Notes under the pieces: model-generated
What the model was told of the DNA's origin: nothing
Databases searched by the model: none
What the model saw: only the letters and a program-made list of their open reading frames with translations
Position numbers and translations under genes: made by a program
Source: an uncultured virus (IMG/VR IMGVR_UViG_3300042314_001187)
Taxonomy: Duplodnaviria; Heunggongvirae; Uroviricota; Caudoviricetes
IMG/VR virus record: IMGVR_UViG_3300042314_001187
Coordinates: 62,001-126,000 of that record
Strand: one strand, 5' to 3'
DNA length: 64,000 nucleotides
Shown: piece after piece, positions 40,823 to 50,184 of the stretch
Numbering within the stretch: the first letter of the stretch is position 1
How the letters are laid out: each line of letters opens with the position of its first letter

Positions 40823-43800
40823 TTATAAACCATAATTAGATTTACTACTATTATAGTTTTGGGTTACTTCAGATGAATTGATTCCCCTGTTATAAACATT
40901 AAATCCTCCAAATCTAAACGTTGATGCGGGTCCTTGACCTATACCGCCAGGTGTTGTAACCAAGTTAGTTGACGTTGGATATCCTAAGTAATAATACATA
41001 TTTAAACCATTACTGTTATATGGTGTTTCTCTATTCACTGTGTAAGTACCAACTGATGAACCGTTAACGTACGCTGTTAATGTTGTTCCATTATATGTCC
41101 AACCGACATAGTACCAATTATTTAATGGGTATATACTAGGTGAAGTAATCAGTGCGGTTCCGTTTATAACATATGGCCAAATTGCAAATAAGAAATTACC
41201 ACTTGAATTTCGTTGTATTTGAGCATCAAACCAAGATGAATCAGGTGTTGTAGTTCCTTGTTCACATAATAAAATACCATTAGTTATTGGGTAAACCCAC
41301 ATAAATAATGACATTACTTCACCTGTGTTAACAGGTGATAGATACGCATTAAGACCTCCGGTTCTTATATATTCGGTTGTTGAACCTTCAATAGTTAAAT
41401 AATTAGGACTTCCACTACTATAAGTAATAGTTCCTGTTATAACACCATTAGAGTTACCTTCCAAATCAGTTATAACAGACCCCGACCCATTATAAGATAA
41501 CGTATTTTGAATATCCCAATCTAAAATTAATCCACTTTGTGTTATTCCTAATGTTGAACTTGGTGTTATTGTATTAGTTGGTGTTGGGGTATTTGTTGAG
41601 GTTATTGTATTAGTCGGAGTTGGTGTTGGTGTTTCGGTATTTGTTGGTGTAATTGTGTTAGTTGGTGTAATTGTGTTAGTTGGTGTAATTGTGTTAGTTG
41701 GTGTAATTGTGTTAGTTGGTGTTGGTGTTGGTGTTTCAGTATTTGTTGGGGTTATTGTATTTGTAGGTGTTATTGTATTTGTAGGTGTTGGTGTTGGTGT
41801 TTCAGTATTTGTTGGGGTGATGGTTTGAGTATTAGTATTAGTTGGTGTTATTGTCTGAGTCGGTGTTTTAGTTTGAGTAACTGTATTTGTTGGGGTTTGA
41901 GTATTAGTTGGTGTTTGAGTATTTGTTGGGGTTTGAGTATTAGTTGGTGTTGGTGTTGGTGTTGCAAATATTGGTGGGTTAGCGTTAATGTTACAACATT
42001 TAGATAGTGTTGGGTTTGTTGCATCAACAGAGGTAAATGTTGTTATACCATTCAAGTTATTATAATCATCGGGTAAACTAACAAGTGTTGTTCCCGTAGT
42101 TTGACCTGAGTTAATTGTTACACCCGTGATTATTTCAATTGGGTTACCTGTTTTAACATCTAATATGTGTTTAAAATCAACAGTTAAATCTTCGTTAAGT
42201 ATTGATGATGATGTTAACGTGTAAGTAATTTTTATTGAACCCGGTAAAATTTCAGAAGTCAAAACAACATTAATTAACACACCACCAACAATGTCACAAA
42301 CAGGTACTTGTTTTGGGATTAGATGTTCTCTTAAACCTTGAGTTCCCCCACCCCAAGAAATATTAAATGGTACACCAACTTGTTTTTCTTTTTCAGTTGG
42401 TAAAGCTCTTGGTATTAATTCTTCAATATTCTCAAACGTTTGAAACAATTTACCATTTATGTAAATTTTTAAACGACCATTTCGATATTTTTTATTAATT
42501 AACCATTTTTCATTTAACTTAACTAAATCAATTGTTTTAGCTGGTGTAGCACCTTCGTGGTTATAAAATGGGGTTATTAATATCTGTGAATTATTCGCTA
42601 ACGATTCTAAATATAATTTTTCGGTAATATCGTCTAATCCACCTCTATATTTTAAATCACAATCATCCAACCAAGTATAACGTTCCCATACAGCATTAAA
42701 TTGAAACCAATGTTCTTCTTCTAACCACGCGGGGTTTTCAATTTGACATCTAGGGTAAATTGGTAAAGTACAATGTTCGTCAACTGTGTATCCTGTGGTG
42801 TACGTAATCCCTGTTGTGGTACAAGACCCGCTAGTTTCACAATCACCGGTAATTCTTAATATTCTAACACAAATACTTGGATTTTTTGGGTCACCCGAAA
42901 GTTTAAATGATAACGCATTTGACATTGAGTCATCTAATGGGTTACTTTCACAAGTACTCTGTATTGATGAGGTTGTACCTGTTCCACAACTATGTGTTTT
43001 ACATTCCCATCCACAACTTTCATATTCTTCAGGTGGACAACCACATCCTGAACAATTACCACCATTAGTTTTTGTATCACAACCACATACATTACATCCG
43101 TAATTTTTATGTGAGTCGTGTTTACCATCATTTGACCTTGGAGGGTAAACATAAATACAGTCACTATTAGTTACACCTGTATTACAACAAGCACAAGTCT
43201 CAAGACTAACTAAAGGTTTTGTGATTCTAGTATAACCTGTTAATGAACTTGGTGAACCATCAGCGTGATGGTAATATTTGTTTTCGGCTCTTGCTCCAAA
43301 ATAGAAAAATGTGTCTTTGTTGTTTGGGTAAATTTCGTTTAATGTGGTTTCACCCGGACCAGGTGAGTATTCATCAACCAATCTTGGCTTCAATAGCATT
43401 TCAACTGACCATCCCTTATTCATTCTTTCAGGAAAAATATCATAATCGTACCCAAATAATTTATAGAAACCTTGATAAAAACCACCATATAATTCGTGAT
43501 ATCTACCAATATACGGACTGTTTTTACTTACAACTTCATATAAAATATTGTCTTCAAAACCTGAAAATCTAAAATTAGGTGTATTGGTATACCCTGTAAC
43601 TTGAAACATTTTGAATCGTCTATCAAAAATTAAACGATTGAACTTATCTGAATCATTAACTAAACCATTTGTAAATGTTATTGTTTGTGCGGTCATACCG
43701 GTAACTAAACCGTTATCAGTTCCTGTTAAACCAATATCACAAGATGTTTTTGCTGTGAAACAACTTAAATCCTCTGAATCATTTATTTTAAAATTTTGAG

Positions 43801-44044
43801 ATACAAAAACGTTATTAAAATTATAGTTTTTATATGATAATACTAAATTTTGGGCGGTTAATGTATTATTGATATCAAAATATATTGGTAATCTATTACC
43901 GTATGTTTGAGCGATTAAATAAGGTGAATACACAACTTCTTGATTGAAGTCTCTCTCATCTGATGATAAAGACATATCGTATGAGTCCAAACTAAGTTTT
44001 AAACCCACACTTGAATTTTGATATTGATAAATATTTTGACTCAC
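40823..44044 (-). CDS. Large Cys-rich structural protein with LamG/ConA-like domains and a TPT tract (GTG start)
   Basis: GWSVEMLLKP..GRLKIYING..ISWGGG (incomplete LamG), Cys clusters, TPT tract, complete C-terminal LamG (GLILDWD..WYYVGWTY..YVNG..VYNR..EV..NY). Confidence 0.75.
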   Translation of the reverse strand: MSQNIYQYQNSSVGLKLSLDSYDMSLSSDERDFNQEVVYSPYLIAQTYGNRLPIYFDINNTLTAQNLVLSYKNYNFNNVFVSQNFKINDSEDLSCFTAKTSCDIGLTGTDNGLVTGMTAQTITFTNGLVNDSDKFNRLIFDRRFKMFQVTGYTNTPNFRFSGFEDNILYEVVSKNSPYIGRYHELYGGFYQGFYKLFGYDYDIFPERMNKGWSVEMLLKPRLVDEYSPGPGETTLNEIYPNNKDTFFYFGARAENKYYHHADGSPSSLTGYTRITKPLVSLETCACCNTGVTNSDCIYVYPPRSNDGKHDSHKNYGCNVCGCDTKTNGGNCSGCGCPPEEYESCGWECKTHSCGTGTTSSIQSTCESNPLDDSMSNALSFKLSGDPKNPSICVRILRITGDCETSGSCTTTGITYTTGYTVDEHCTLPIYPRCQIENPAWLEEEHWFQFNAVWERYTWLDDCDLKYRGGLDDITEKLYLESLANNSQILITPFYNHEGATPAKTIDLVKLNEKWLINKKYRNGRLKIYINGKLFQTFENIEELIPRALPTEKEKQVGVPFNISWGGGTQGLREHLIPKQVPVCDIVGGVLINVVLTSEILPGSIKITYTLTSSSILNEDLTVDFKHILDVKTGNPIEIITGVTINSGQTTGTTLVSLPDDYNNLNGITTFTSVDATNPTLSKCCNINANPPIFATPTPTPTNTQTPTNTQTPTNTQTPTNTVTQTKTPTQTITPTNTNTQTITPTNTETPTPTPTNTITPTNTITPTNTETPTPTPTNTITPTNTITPTNTITPTNTITPTNTETPTPTPTNTITSTNTPTPTNTITPSSTLGITQSGLILDWDIQNTLSYNGSGSVITDLEGNSNGVITGTITYSSGSPNYLTIEGSTTEYIRTGGLNAYLSPVNTGEVMSLFMWVYPITNGILLCEQGTTTPDSSWFDAQIQRNSSGNFLFAIWPYVINGTALITSPSIYPLNNWYYVGWTYNGTTLTAYVNGSSVGTYTVNRETPYNSNGLNMYYYLGYPTSTNLVTTPGGIGQGPASTFRFGGFNVYNRGINSSEVTQNYNSSKSNYGL

Positions 44045-44057
44045 AATCTTTTTTATG

Positions 44058-44084
44058 ATAAATACTCTATATCGTGGTATTTAT
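44058..44084. promoter_or_regulatory. Back-to-back TATTTAT candidate late promoters at the strand switch
   Basis: ATAAATA at 44058-44064 (minus-strand gene) and TATTTAT at 44078-44084 (plus-strand gene). Confidence 0.6.
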
Positions 44085-44098
44085 TAATAAAAAAGAAG

Positions 44099-44929
44099 AT
44101 GATTAAGTATAATACTGGATATTTTGGTAATAATTGTTACTTCTATTTAAAGGAGGGAAGTGAGAATATTACACTATATTATTCAACAGGTGAGACTTTA
44201 AATGAATCTAAAAAAGATTTTGAAAAACAATCTTTTAAAAAGAACGATGCTAAAAAAGTTGTTGACTCTTTAAGAAAAATTTTAAAAAGTAAAAAGAAAT
44301 ATAGCAAAAGTGATATTAAAAAAGAATTAACTAAAAAACCATCAGGTGAAATTGATGAATTAGTTGATTCTGATGGTACTATGTTATCATCTAGAATACC
44401 TAATTTAAATCAAACATTAACTCCTCATAAAACTATGGACCAAACGATTGCTATGACTAGACAAGCGGGTAATCCTGTGTTACGAGGTTATCGTGTTTAT
44501 TATGGTGAAAGTGTTGAAGATAGTGATAATGTTATGTCAGAAGTTGATTACTCAGACGCGTTTGGATATGAGGAAACTGAAGATATGGATTATAAAAACA
44601 CCGTAAAAACTTTGAAAAAGATGGGTGTTGAAAATGCTGAGGAAAGGGCTAAACAATTTGGTAAATTACCTAAAATTAAAAGAAAAGGTAATTTCCTAAA
44701 ACAACGTTTAGTTGAGAAAGACCAACTTGATGAAGAACAAAGACAGAAAATGGTTAAAATGGTTGAAGATATCTTAACTAAAAAAAATAAATCGGATTCT
44801 GATGTTATCTCAAAATCAAATCCGGTTAGTAAAATATTAGCAAAAAATTTACAAACCATTAAAAAAATTGCCGACAAAGAAGGTATTAGTGTTAGTGAAT
44901 TAATTAAAATTTTAAAATCTAATGAATAA
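44099..44929 (+). CDS. Hypothetical late protein; start revised to 44099
   Basis: Charged ORF ending IKKIADKEGISVSELIKIL; the track start overlaps the divergent gene. Confidence 0.65.
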   Translation: MIKYNTGYFGNNCYFYLKEGSENITLYYSTGETLNESKKDFEKQSFKKNDAKKVVDSLRKILKSKKKYSKSDIKKELTKKPSGEIDELVDSDGTMLSSRIPNLNQTLTPHKTMDQTIAMTRQAGNPVLRGYRVYYGESVEDSDNVMSEVDYSDAFGYEETEDMDYKNTVKTLKKMGVENAEERAKQFGKLPKIKRKGNFLKQRLVEKDQLDEEQRQKMVKMVEDILTKKNKSDSDVISKSNPVSKILAKNLQTIKKIADKEGISVSELIKILKSNE

Positions 44930-45392
44930 AGATTTATACGGAAATACTGTTAATTTACCTGAAGACGTTCTTAAATATTTAGATGAATGTTTTAACTCGG
45001 CTATTGGGGCTGACGATTCAACTGAAGGTTTTAGACGAAATAAAGAATTGAGGGATAAAGGTAATATTTCTTACCAACAATTAAAAAGAATGAAGAATTG
45101 GTTTGATAACTTTAATGGACATCAAAATGATTTACCTTTTATTTTAAATGGTGGTGATTATGTGAAAAATTGGGTTAACAATACTTTAACATCTATGAGA
45201 GGTGACGTTCATCGTTCTAAAGAAATTAAATCAATAGGGTTGGATAACCAATTTATTGCTCCTCACGAAAAAAACAACGTTGTTAATCAAAATAGACCAA
45301 GTAAAGACCATCACTCAAATCTTGAAAAATATGATTTAGCCGTAACAGAAAGTTTACGTAGAATAAACGATTTAATAAAAAAAATAATTTAA
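44922..45392 (+). CDS. Hypothetical protein
   Basis: Translationally coupled ORF, 156 aa. Confidence 0.65.
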   Translation: MNKDLYGNTVNLPEDVLKYLDECFNSAIGADDSTEGFRRNKELRDKGNISYQQLKRMKNWFDNFNGHQNDLPFILNGGDYVKNWVNNTLTSMRGDVHRSKEIKSIGLDNQFIAPHEKNNVVNQNRPSKDHHSNLEKYDLAVTESLRRINDLIKKII

Positions 45393-45393
45393 T

Positions 45394-45690
45394 ATGCCAT
45401 CAAACGAACCATTAAATTTTGAACAACCTAAAAATAGATTGTCAGAAATTGCAGAAACAGAAAGAAAAAGATTAATCCCTAAAAATGATTATAACCAAAC
45501 AGGTAACTTATATTCGGCAGTTAATCCTGATGCGTTAGCTGATGGTGATGCTAGAGGTAGAGGTACAGGTGGTGATTTAGATGTTCATAATGAATCGGCA
45601 GGTACTTTACTTGACATTGTTGAACGTAAAAATGAAATAAAATTAAACTTTTATAAATCTGTATCACCATATACAACACCAAGTGCGTAA
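45394..45690 (+). CDS. Hypothetical protein
   Basis: Coupled ORF, 98 aa, with a DALADGD.RGRGTG motif. Confidence 0.6.
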   Translation: MPSNEPLNFEQPKNRLSEIAETERKRLIPKNDYNQTGNLYSAVNPDALADGDARGRGTGGDLDVHNESAGTLLDIVERKNEIKLNFYKSVSPYTTPSA

Positions 45691-46097
45691 TGAAACTTTA
45701 CAATACATTTAAATCTCTTATTTTAGAAGTGGCGTCAGTTGACTCGATAGTTGATGCTATTAAGAAAAGAAAGAAGATAGTGATTTACTATGATGGTGAT
45801 GAACCTGGTGGTCGAGGATTACGTGAGATTGAACCTGTTTGTTTTGGATATAGTAAGGCTGATAACCCAATATTAAGGGCTTGGGATTATGAAGGTGCTT
45901 CACATACAGGATACAAAGGAGAACAACCATTACCGGGATGGAGAATTTTTAGAATTGATAAGATACTTTCATTTAAACCAACGGGTGAGGATTTTAATGA
46001 AATGAGACCTGGTTATAACCCTAGAGGTGATAAAAGTATGACGAGAGTTATAATTAACGCAATTTTTGATAATAACCCTAATAATGAAAATGTTTAA
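45690..46097 (+). CDS. Stand-alone WYL-domain protein
   Basis: AI...K.IVIYY..R.IEP..G..LRAW..GWRIFRIDKI. Confidence 0.8.
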   Translation: MKLYNTFKSLILEVASVDSIVDAIKKRKKIVIYYDGDEPGGRGLREIEPVCFGYSKADNPILRAWDYEGASHTGYKGEQPLPGWRIFRIDKILSFKPTGEDFNEMRPGYNPRGDKSMTRVIINAIFDNNPNNENV

Positions 46098-46107
46098 TTT
46101 TTAAAAT

Positions 46108-46755
46108 ATGACAAATGAAAATGATTTAATGATGAAGTTGGTTAACGCCAAAAAAATTATGAATAAACATAATGAGATTGGTCGTGGTGGTTTACCAACA
46201 ACAATTAATGAAACACCAAGAGTTGATACTTACAATCAACCTAATGCGACTTATAATATCCCACAGGAATATATGAATGAGTCAATGACTATGGGACATA
46301 TACAAAATGATGATATTGATTACCCATTGTTATCTGAGAGTGCGATGAACGAAAAAAACTTAACTAAAACATATTCACCAGCACCTAGTGAAAGAATTAT
46401 GTCATCAAAATTACCTGATGCAATTAAACAATTAATGATTGAACATCCAATACATCAACCTGACAATCCATTATCAGGTGGGGCTCAAATTTCAAATGAA
46501 TTGGTTGAGAAAGCGTCTCGTTTAATGGGTACAAATGCTAAAGGAGAACAACAACCACAACGAAGACCCGTTCAGGAACAATATACCCAACCTACAGGTG
46601 ATTTAAAAACAATGATTAGAGAGGCGGTTAGAGAAGTATTATCTGAAAATGGTTTAATTACCGAATCAGTTTCCAAGGCTAACGATGTCTTCACATTTAG
46701 AGTTGGTTCTCACGTATTTGAAGGTAAGGTAACCAAAATTAAAAAAGTAAAATAA
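46108..46755 (+). CDS. Hypothetical protein
   Basis: 215 aa; SKLPDAIKQLMIEHPI, IREAVREVL. Confidence 0.65.
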   Translation: MTNENDLMMKLVNAKKIMNKHNEIGRGGLPTTINETPRVDTYNQPNATYNIPQEYMNESMTMGHIQNDDIDYPLLSESAMNEKNLTKTYSPAPSERIMSSKLPDAIKQLMIEHPIHQPDNPLSGGAQISNELVEKASRLMGTNAKGEQQPQRRPVQEQYTQPTGDLKTMIREAVREVLSENGLITESVSKANDVFTFRVGSHVFEGKVTKIKKVK

Positions 46756-46761
46756 CTTAAC

Positions 46762-46790
46762 AACCCTCACTGAAAAGTGAGGGTTTTTTT
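46762..46790 (+). terminator. Intrinsic terminator
   Basis: AACCCTCACT-GAAA-AGTGAGGGTT-TTTTT. Confidence 0.9.
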
Positions 46791-46851
46791 ATGTGATATC
46801 TTTATTCTAACAAATTTAATGATTATTATTTTGGATAATTAAATTAAATTT

Positions 46852-48069
46852 ATGAAAGAAAAAATTAAGGTATTAGTTCTCCCATCCGATACAACAGGTG
46901 TTGGTAAATTCCGTTCAGTTGACCCTCACACGTTTTTGCAAGATATGTATGGTGAAGATTTTCACGTTGATATTGATTATAACCCAAAAATTAATGATTT
47001 AAACTATTGGAAAAATTATCAAATAGTTCACGTTCACAGAAATATCGGGCATGATTATGATTCATCGCCTTTGATAATTAAAAATTTACAATCAATGGGG
47101 ATTGTTGTTATCGTTGATATCGACGACTATTGGTTACCAACAAAAGAACACCCAATACATAGTATTATATTAGCTAATAAATTACACGAAAAAATAGTAG
47201 CTAACTTAAAAGTTGCTGATTATGTGACAACCACAACAATAGTGTTTGCTGAAGAAATTAAAAAATTTAACAAAAACGTAGTTGTTTTCCCTAACGCTAT
47301 TAACCCTAAAGAACCACAGTTCAATGAACCAACACCTAAATCAGATAGAATTAGAATTGGTTGGTTAGGTGGTTCTTCACATCTACACGATTTAAAATTA
47401 TTAGATGGTATGGTTAATAAAAACGCATCTCTTAAAGACGACGTTCAATACGTTATTTGTGGATTTGATACACGAGGAACTGTGACTGAACTTAATAGAG
47501 AAACAGGAGAGCAAAAACAAAGACCGATTAAACCTGAAGAAACCGTTTGGGTTCAATATGAGAAAATTTTTACAAACAACTATAAAATAATTGACGAGGA
47601 ATACTTAAAATTTTTAAATACCTTCAAGGAGGGTGATTATGAAAATTTTCAAGATTTACCGTATCGACGTGTTTGGACTTTACCTGTTAATACATATGCT
47701 ATTAATTATTCTAAATTTGACATATCTTTAGCACCTATTAAAAATCACATCTTTAATAGAATGAAGTCACAACTTAAAGTTATTGAAGCGGGATTTTATA
47801 AAAAAGCTTTAATAGCTTCTAATGTTGGTCCATACACAATTGACTTGAAACATTCATTAAATAATGGTAACTTTGTTGATGGAAATGCTTTATTAGTGAA
47901 TGAACATAATAACCATAGTGATTGGGCTAAGTTTACAAAAAAATTAGTTCAAAACCCTAACTTAATTGAGGATATGGGTAATCGTTTGTATGAAACGGTG
48001 AAAGATACATATGATTTAAATAAAGTGACTAAGGATAGGGCGGAATTTTACAAATCGTTAATTAAATAA
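46852..48069 (+). CDS. GT-B (GT4-like) glycosyltransferase
   Basis: DIDDYW, AD.VTTT, V.PNAI, RIGW.GGSSH, DISLAP...FN..KSQLK.IEAG...IAS.VGPY. Confidence 0.8.
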   Translation: MKEKIKVLVLPSDTTGVGKFRSVDPHTFLQDMYGEDFHVDIDYNPKINDLNYWKNYQIVHVHRNIGHDYDSSPLIIKNLQSMGIVVIVDIDDYWLPTKEHPIHSIILANKLHEKIVANLKVADYVTTTTIVFAEEIKKFNKNVVVFPNAINPKEPQFNEPTPKSDRIRIGWLGGSSHLHDLKLLDGMVNKNASLKDDVQYVICGFDTRGTVTELNRETGEQKQRPIKPEETVWVQYEKIFTNNYKIIDEEYLKFLNTFKEGDYENFQDLPYRRVWTLPVNTYAINYSKFDISLAPIKNHIFNRMKSQLKVIEAGFYKKALIASNVGPYTIDLKHSLNNGNFVDGNALLVNEHNNHSDWAKFTKKLVQNPNLIEDMGNRLYETVKDTYDLNKVTKDRAEFYKSLIK

Positions 48070-48071
48070 AA

Positions 48072-48803
48072 ATGATAAAAATACCTTTAACAAAAATTTT
48101 ATTTCTTGACATTGAGACTGTTGGGATTGAAAAAGATTATGATACTTGTCTTGAAAAAAGACCTGAATTGGCAAATCAATTTATGAAGTATTACGATTGG
48201 TTTCAGAAAAGATTTCCTGAAGACCATATTAATCCTCCAAACAATATTGATGAACGAACTAAAAGGATTAATGAGGTTTTTAGTAGAAGAACCGCATTAG
48301 TTCCTGAGTTTGCAAAAATTGTTTGTGTAAATGTTCAGTTTGTTACTGACAATGGTGATGTTAAATCACAATCATTTTCGGGGGATGATGAAAAAGAATT
48401 ATTACGTAATTGTAAAAAAGTGTTAGATAAATGTTATAAATTGGATTTTCACATTTGTGGTCACAATCTAAAGAATTTTGATATTCCAATGTTGGCTAAA
48501 CGAATGATAATCAATGGGATAGCACCTTCATCAATGTTACCGTCATATGATACTAAACCTTGGGAGGTTAAGGCCATTGATACTAAGGATGTTTGGCAAT
48601 ATGGTGCTTATAGTGCGATAGGTTCGTTAGATTTACTTTGTACTTCATTAGGTGTTCCTTCACCAAAAGAAGGTGAGATTACGGGTGATAAAGTACACAC
48701 GGCATATTGGAATGATGGTAAATTAAAAGAAATCACCGAATACTGTGAACGTGATGTTAGAGTATTAATTGATATAATTATAAAATTAAAAGAATTAGAA
48801 TAG
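48072..48803 (+). CDS. PolB-type 3'-5' exonuclease (DEDDy)
   Basis: FLDIET, GHN.K.FDIP, EYCERDV. Confidence 0.85.
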   Translation: MIKIPLTKILFLDIETVGIEKDYDTCLEKRPELANQFMKYYDWFQKRFPEDHINPPNNIDERTKRINEVFSRRTALVPEFAKIVCVNVQFVTDNGDVKSQSFSGDDEKELLRNCKKVLDKCYKLDFHICGHNLKNFDIPMLAKRMIINGIAPSSMLPSYDTKPWEVKAIDTKDVWQYGAYSAIGSLDLLCTSLGVPSPKEGEITGDKVHTAYWNDGKLKEITEYCERDVRVLIDIIIKLKELE

Positions 48804-49408
48804 TGGATTTTAACGGAAATTTAAATAGTTTTTTATCTGATGATGAAATTAAAAAATTATTAGGGAATGAATTTAGTGATTCTGAAGAATTAGATATTAA
48901 TTCTGAGTTATCTAAAATGGGTGTTGATTTAAAAGAACTTGAAACAAGTTTTAATAATTATCAACCTAAACTCGAACTTGGATATACGGTTTCACATACT
49001 GATGCGGTAGAACCTAAATACAATTACGACAGTGATTCTGGTTTTGATTTACACTCAACAACTGATTTGGAAATTCCGGCATTTGGTAGAGTATTAGTAC
49101 CAACGGGTTTGTCTTTTGACATTAAAGACGGTTATGAAATACAAGTTAGGTCAAAAAGTGGATTGGCCCTTAAACAAGGGTTAATGGTTTTAAATTCACC
49201 AGGAACGGTTGATAATGGATATGTTGGAGAAGTTCAAGTAATTGTATTTAACACAAATAATTACACAGTAACAATACCTAAAGGGATGAAAGTAGGTCAA
49301 GCAGTTTTATGTCCTGTTGTTAATGGGAAATGGGTTAATTTAGTTAAGAAAACAAAAATAAACGAAAAAGAACGAGGAGAAAATGGATTCGGTTCAACGG
49401 GTATCTAA
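48803..49408 (+). CDS. dut: Trimeric dUTPase with an N-terminal extension (GTG start)
   Basis: SGFDL, VRSKSGLA, NSPGTVDNGYVGE, GQ, ERGENGFGSTG. Confidence 0.92.
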   Translation: MDFNGNLNSFLSDDEIKKLLGNEFSDSEELDINSELSKMGVDLKELETSFNNYQPKLELGYTVSHTDAVEPKYNYDSDSGFDLHSTTDLEIPAFGRVLVPTGLSFDIKDGYEIQVRSKSGLALKQGLMVLNSPGTVDNGYVGEVQVIVFNTNNYTVTIPKGMKVGQAVLCPVVNGKWVNLVKKTKINEKERGENGFGSTGI

Positions 49409-49551
49409 ACCAACCGAAACTGAAATTATAGATATTCATCAACTTAAAGATTTGGCAACCCCTTTTTATTTTGAAATGTCAAAAAATTTTAATACAATTT
49501 TAAGTGAGATAAATGATGAAAATAATAAACTATTTAATATAAATTAAACAT

Positions 49552-50184
49552 ATGTCAAACGGGATTTATAAAATAACCGAAGATTTTGAAAAAGACCTTT
49601 CCGACTACACGGGAGCACCTTATGTTGTTACAGTTGATAATCAAAGTAACGCCTTGTTTTTATCGTTAATGTATGAAAAAGTAAAAGGTCTTGAAATTGA
49701 AATACCTTGTCGTACTTATCCTTCAGTTCCTTGTGAGATAATTCACGCTGGTGGTAAGGTTAAATTTAAACAAGTTGAAGGTAAAACATTAAAGGGTTCG
49801 TATCAATTAAGTCCTACAAAAGTTTGGGATTCGGCATTATCCTTTACCCATAATATGTATAAACCAAATACCCATATGTGTATTTCATTCACGGGTCCAT
49901 ATAAACACTTTAAATTATCAAAGGGTGGTGCAATACTAACTGATGATTATGACGCTTATTTGTGGTTTAAACGGGCTAGATATAGTGGGAGAAGAGAATG
50001 TTCTTATCACGATGACCATTTTGACATGATTGGTTGGAATTTTTATATGATGCCTGAGTTAGCGGCCAGAGGAGTTTTACTTATGAAACAATTTTACAAC
50101 TTTGATGGTACACCTAAACATAATGAGGATTTGGAATTACCATATCCGGATTTGTCTAAATTTAAAATATACATTGGTGAATAA
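49552..50184 (+). CDS. Short DegT/DnrJ/EryC1/StrS-family PLP aminotransferase
   Basis: FE..L..YTGA.Y.V.V....AL.LSL, P..TY.S, DSA, SF...K....KGGAILTDD, G.NFYM....AA.G. Confidence 0.75.
   Translation: MSNGIYKITEDFEKDLSDYTGAPYVVTVDNQSNALFLSLMYEKVKGLEIEIPCRTYPSVPCEIIHAGGKVKFKQVEGKTLKGSYQLSPTKVWDSALSFTHNMYKPNTHMCISFTGPYKHFKLSKGGAILTDDYDAYLWFKRARYSGRRECSYHDDHFDMIGWNFYMMPELAARGVLLMKQFYNFDGTPKHNEDLELPYPDLSKFKIYIGE

Noticed and set aside
29417..42007. Many plus-strand Cys/Trp- or Val-rich ORFs and alternate-frame Gln/His ORFs
   Set aside because: These are shadows of the Thr/Pro repeats, whose other frames are stop-poor; they have no independent start signals or domains.
49383..49547. 54-codon ORF MDSVQRVSKP... 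overlapping the dUTPase end
   Set aside because: It has no recognisable motif and its start lies inside dUTPase motif V; it could be a gene remnant but cannot be supported.
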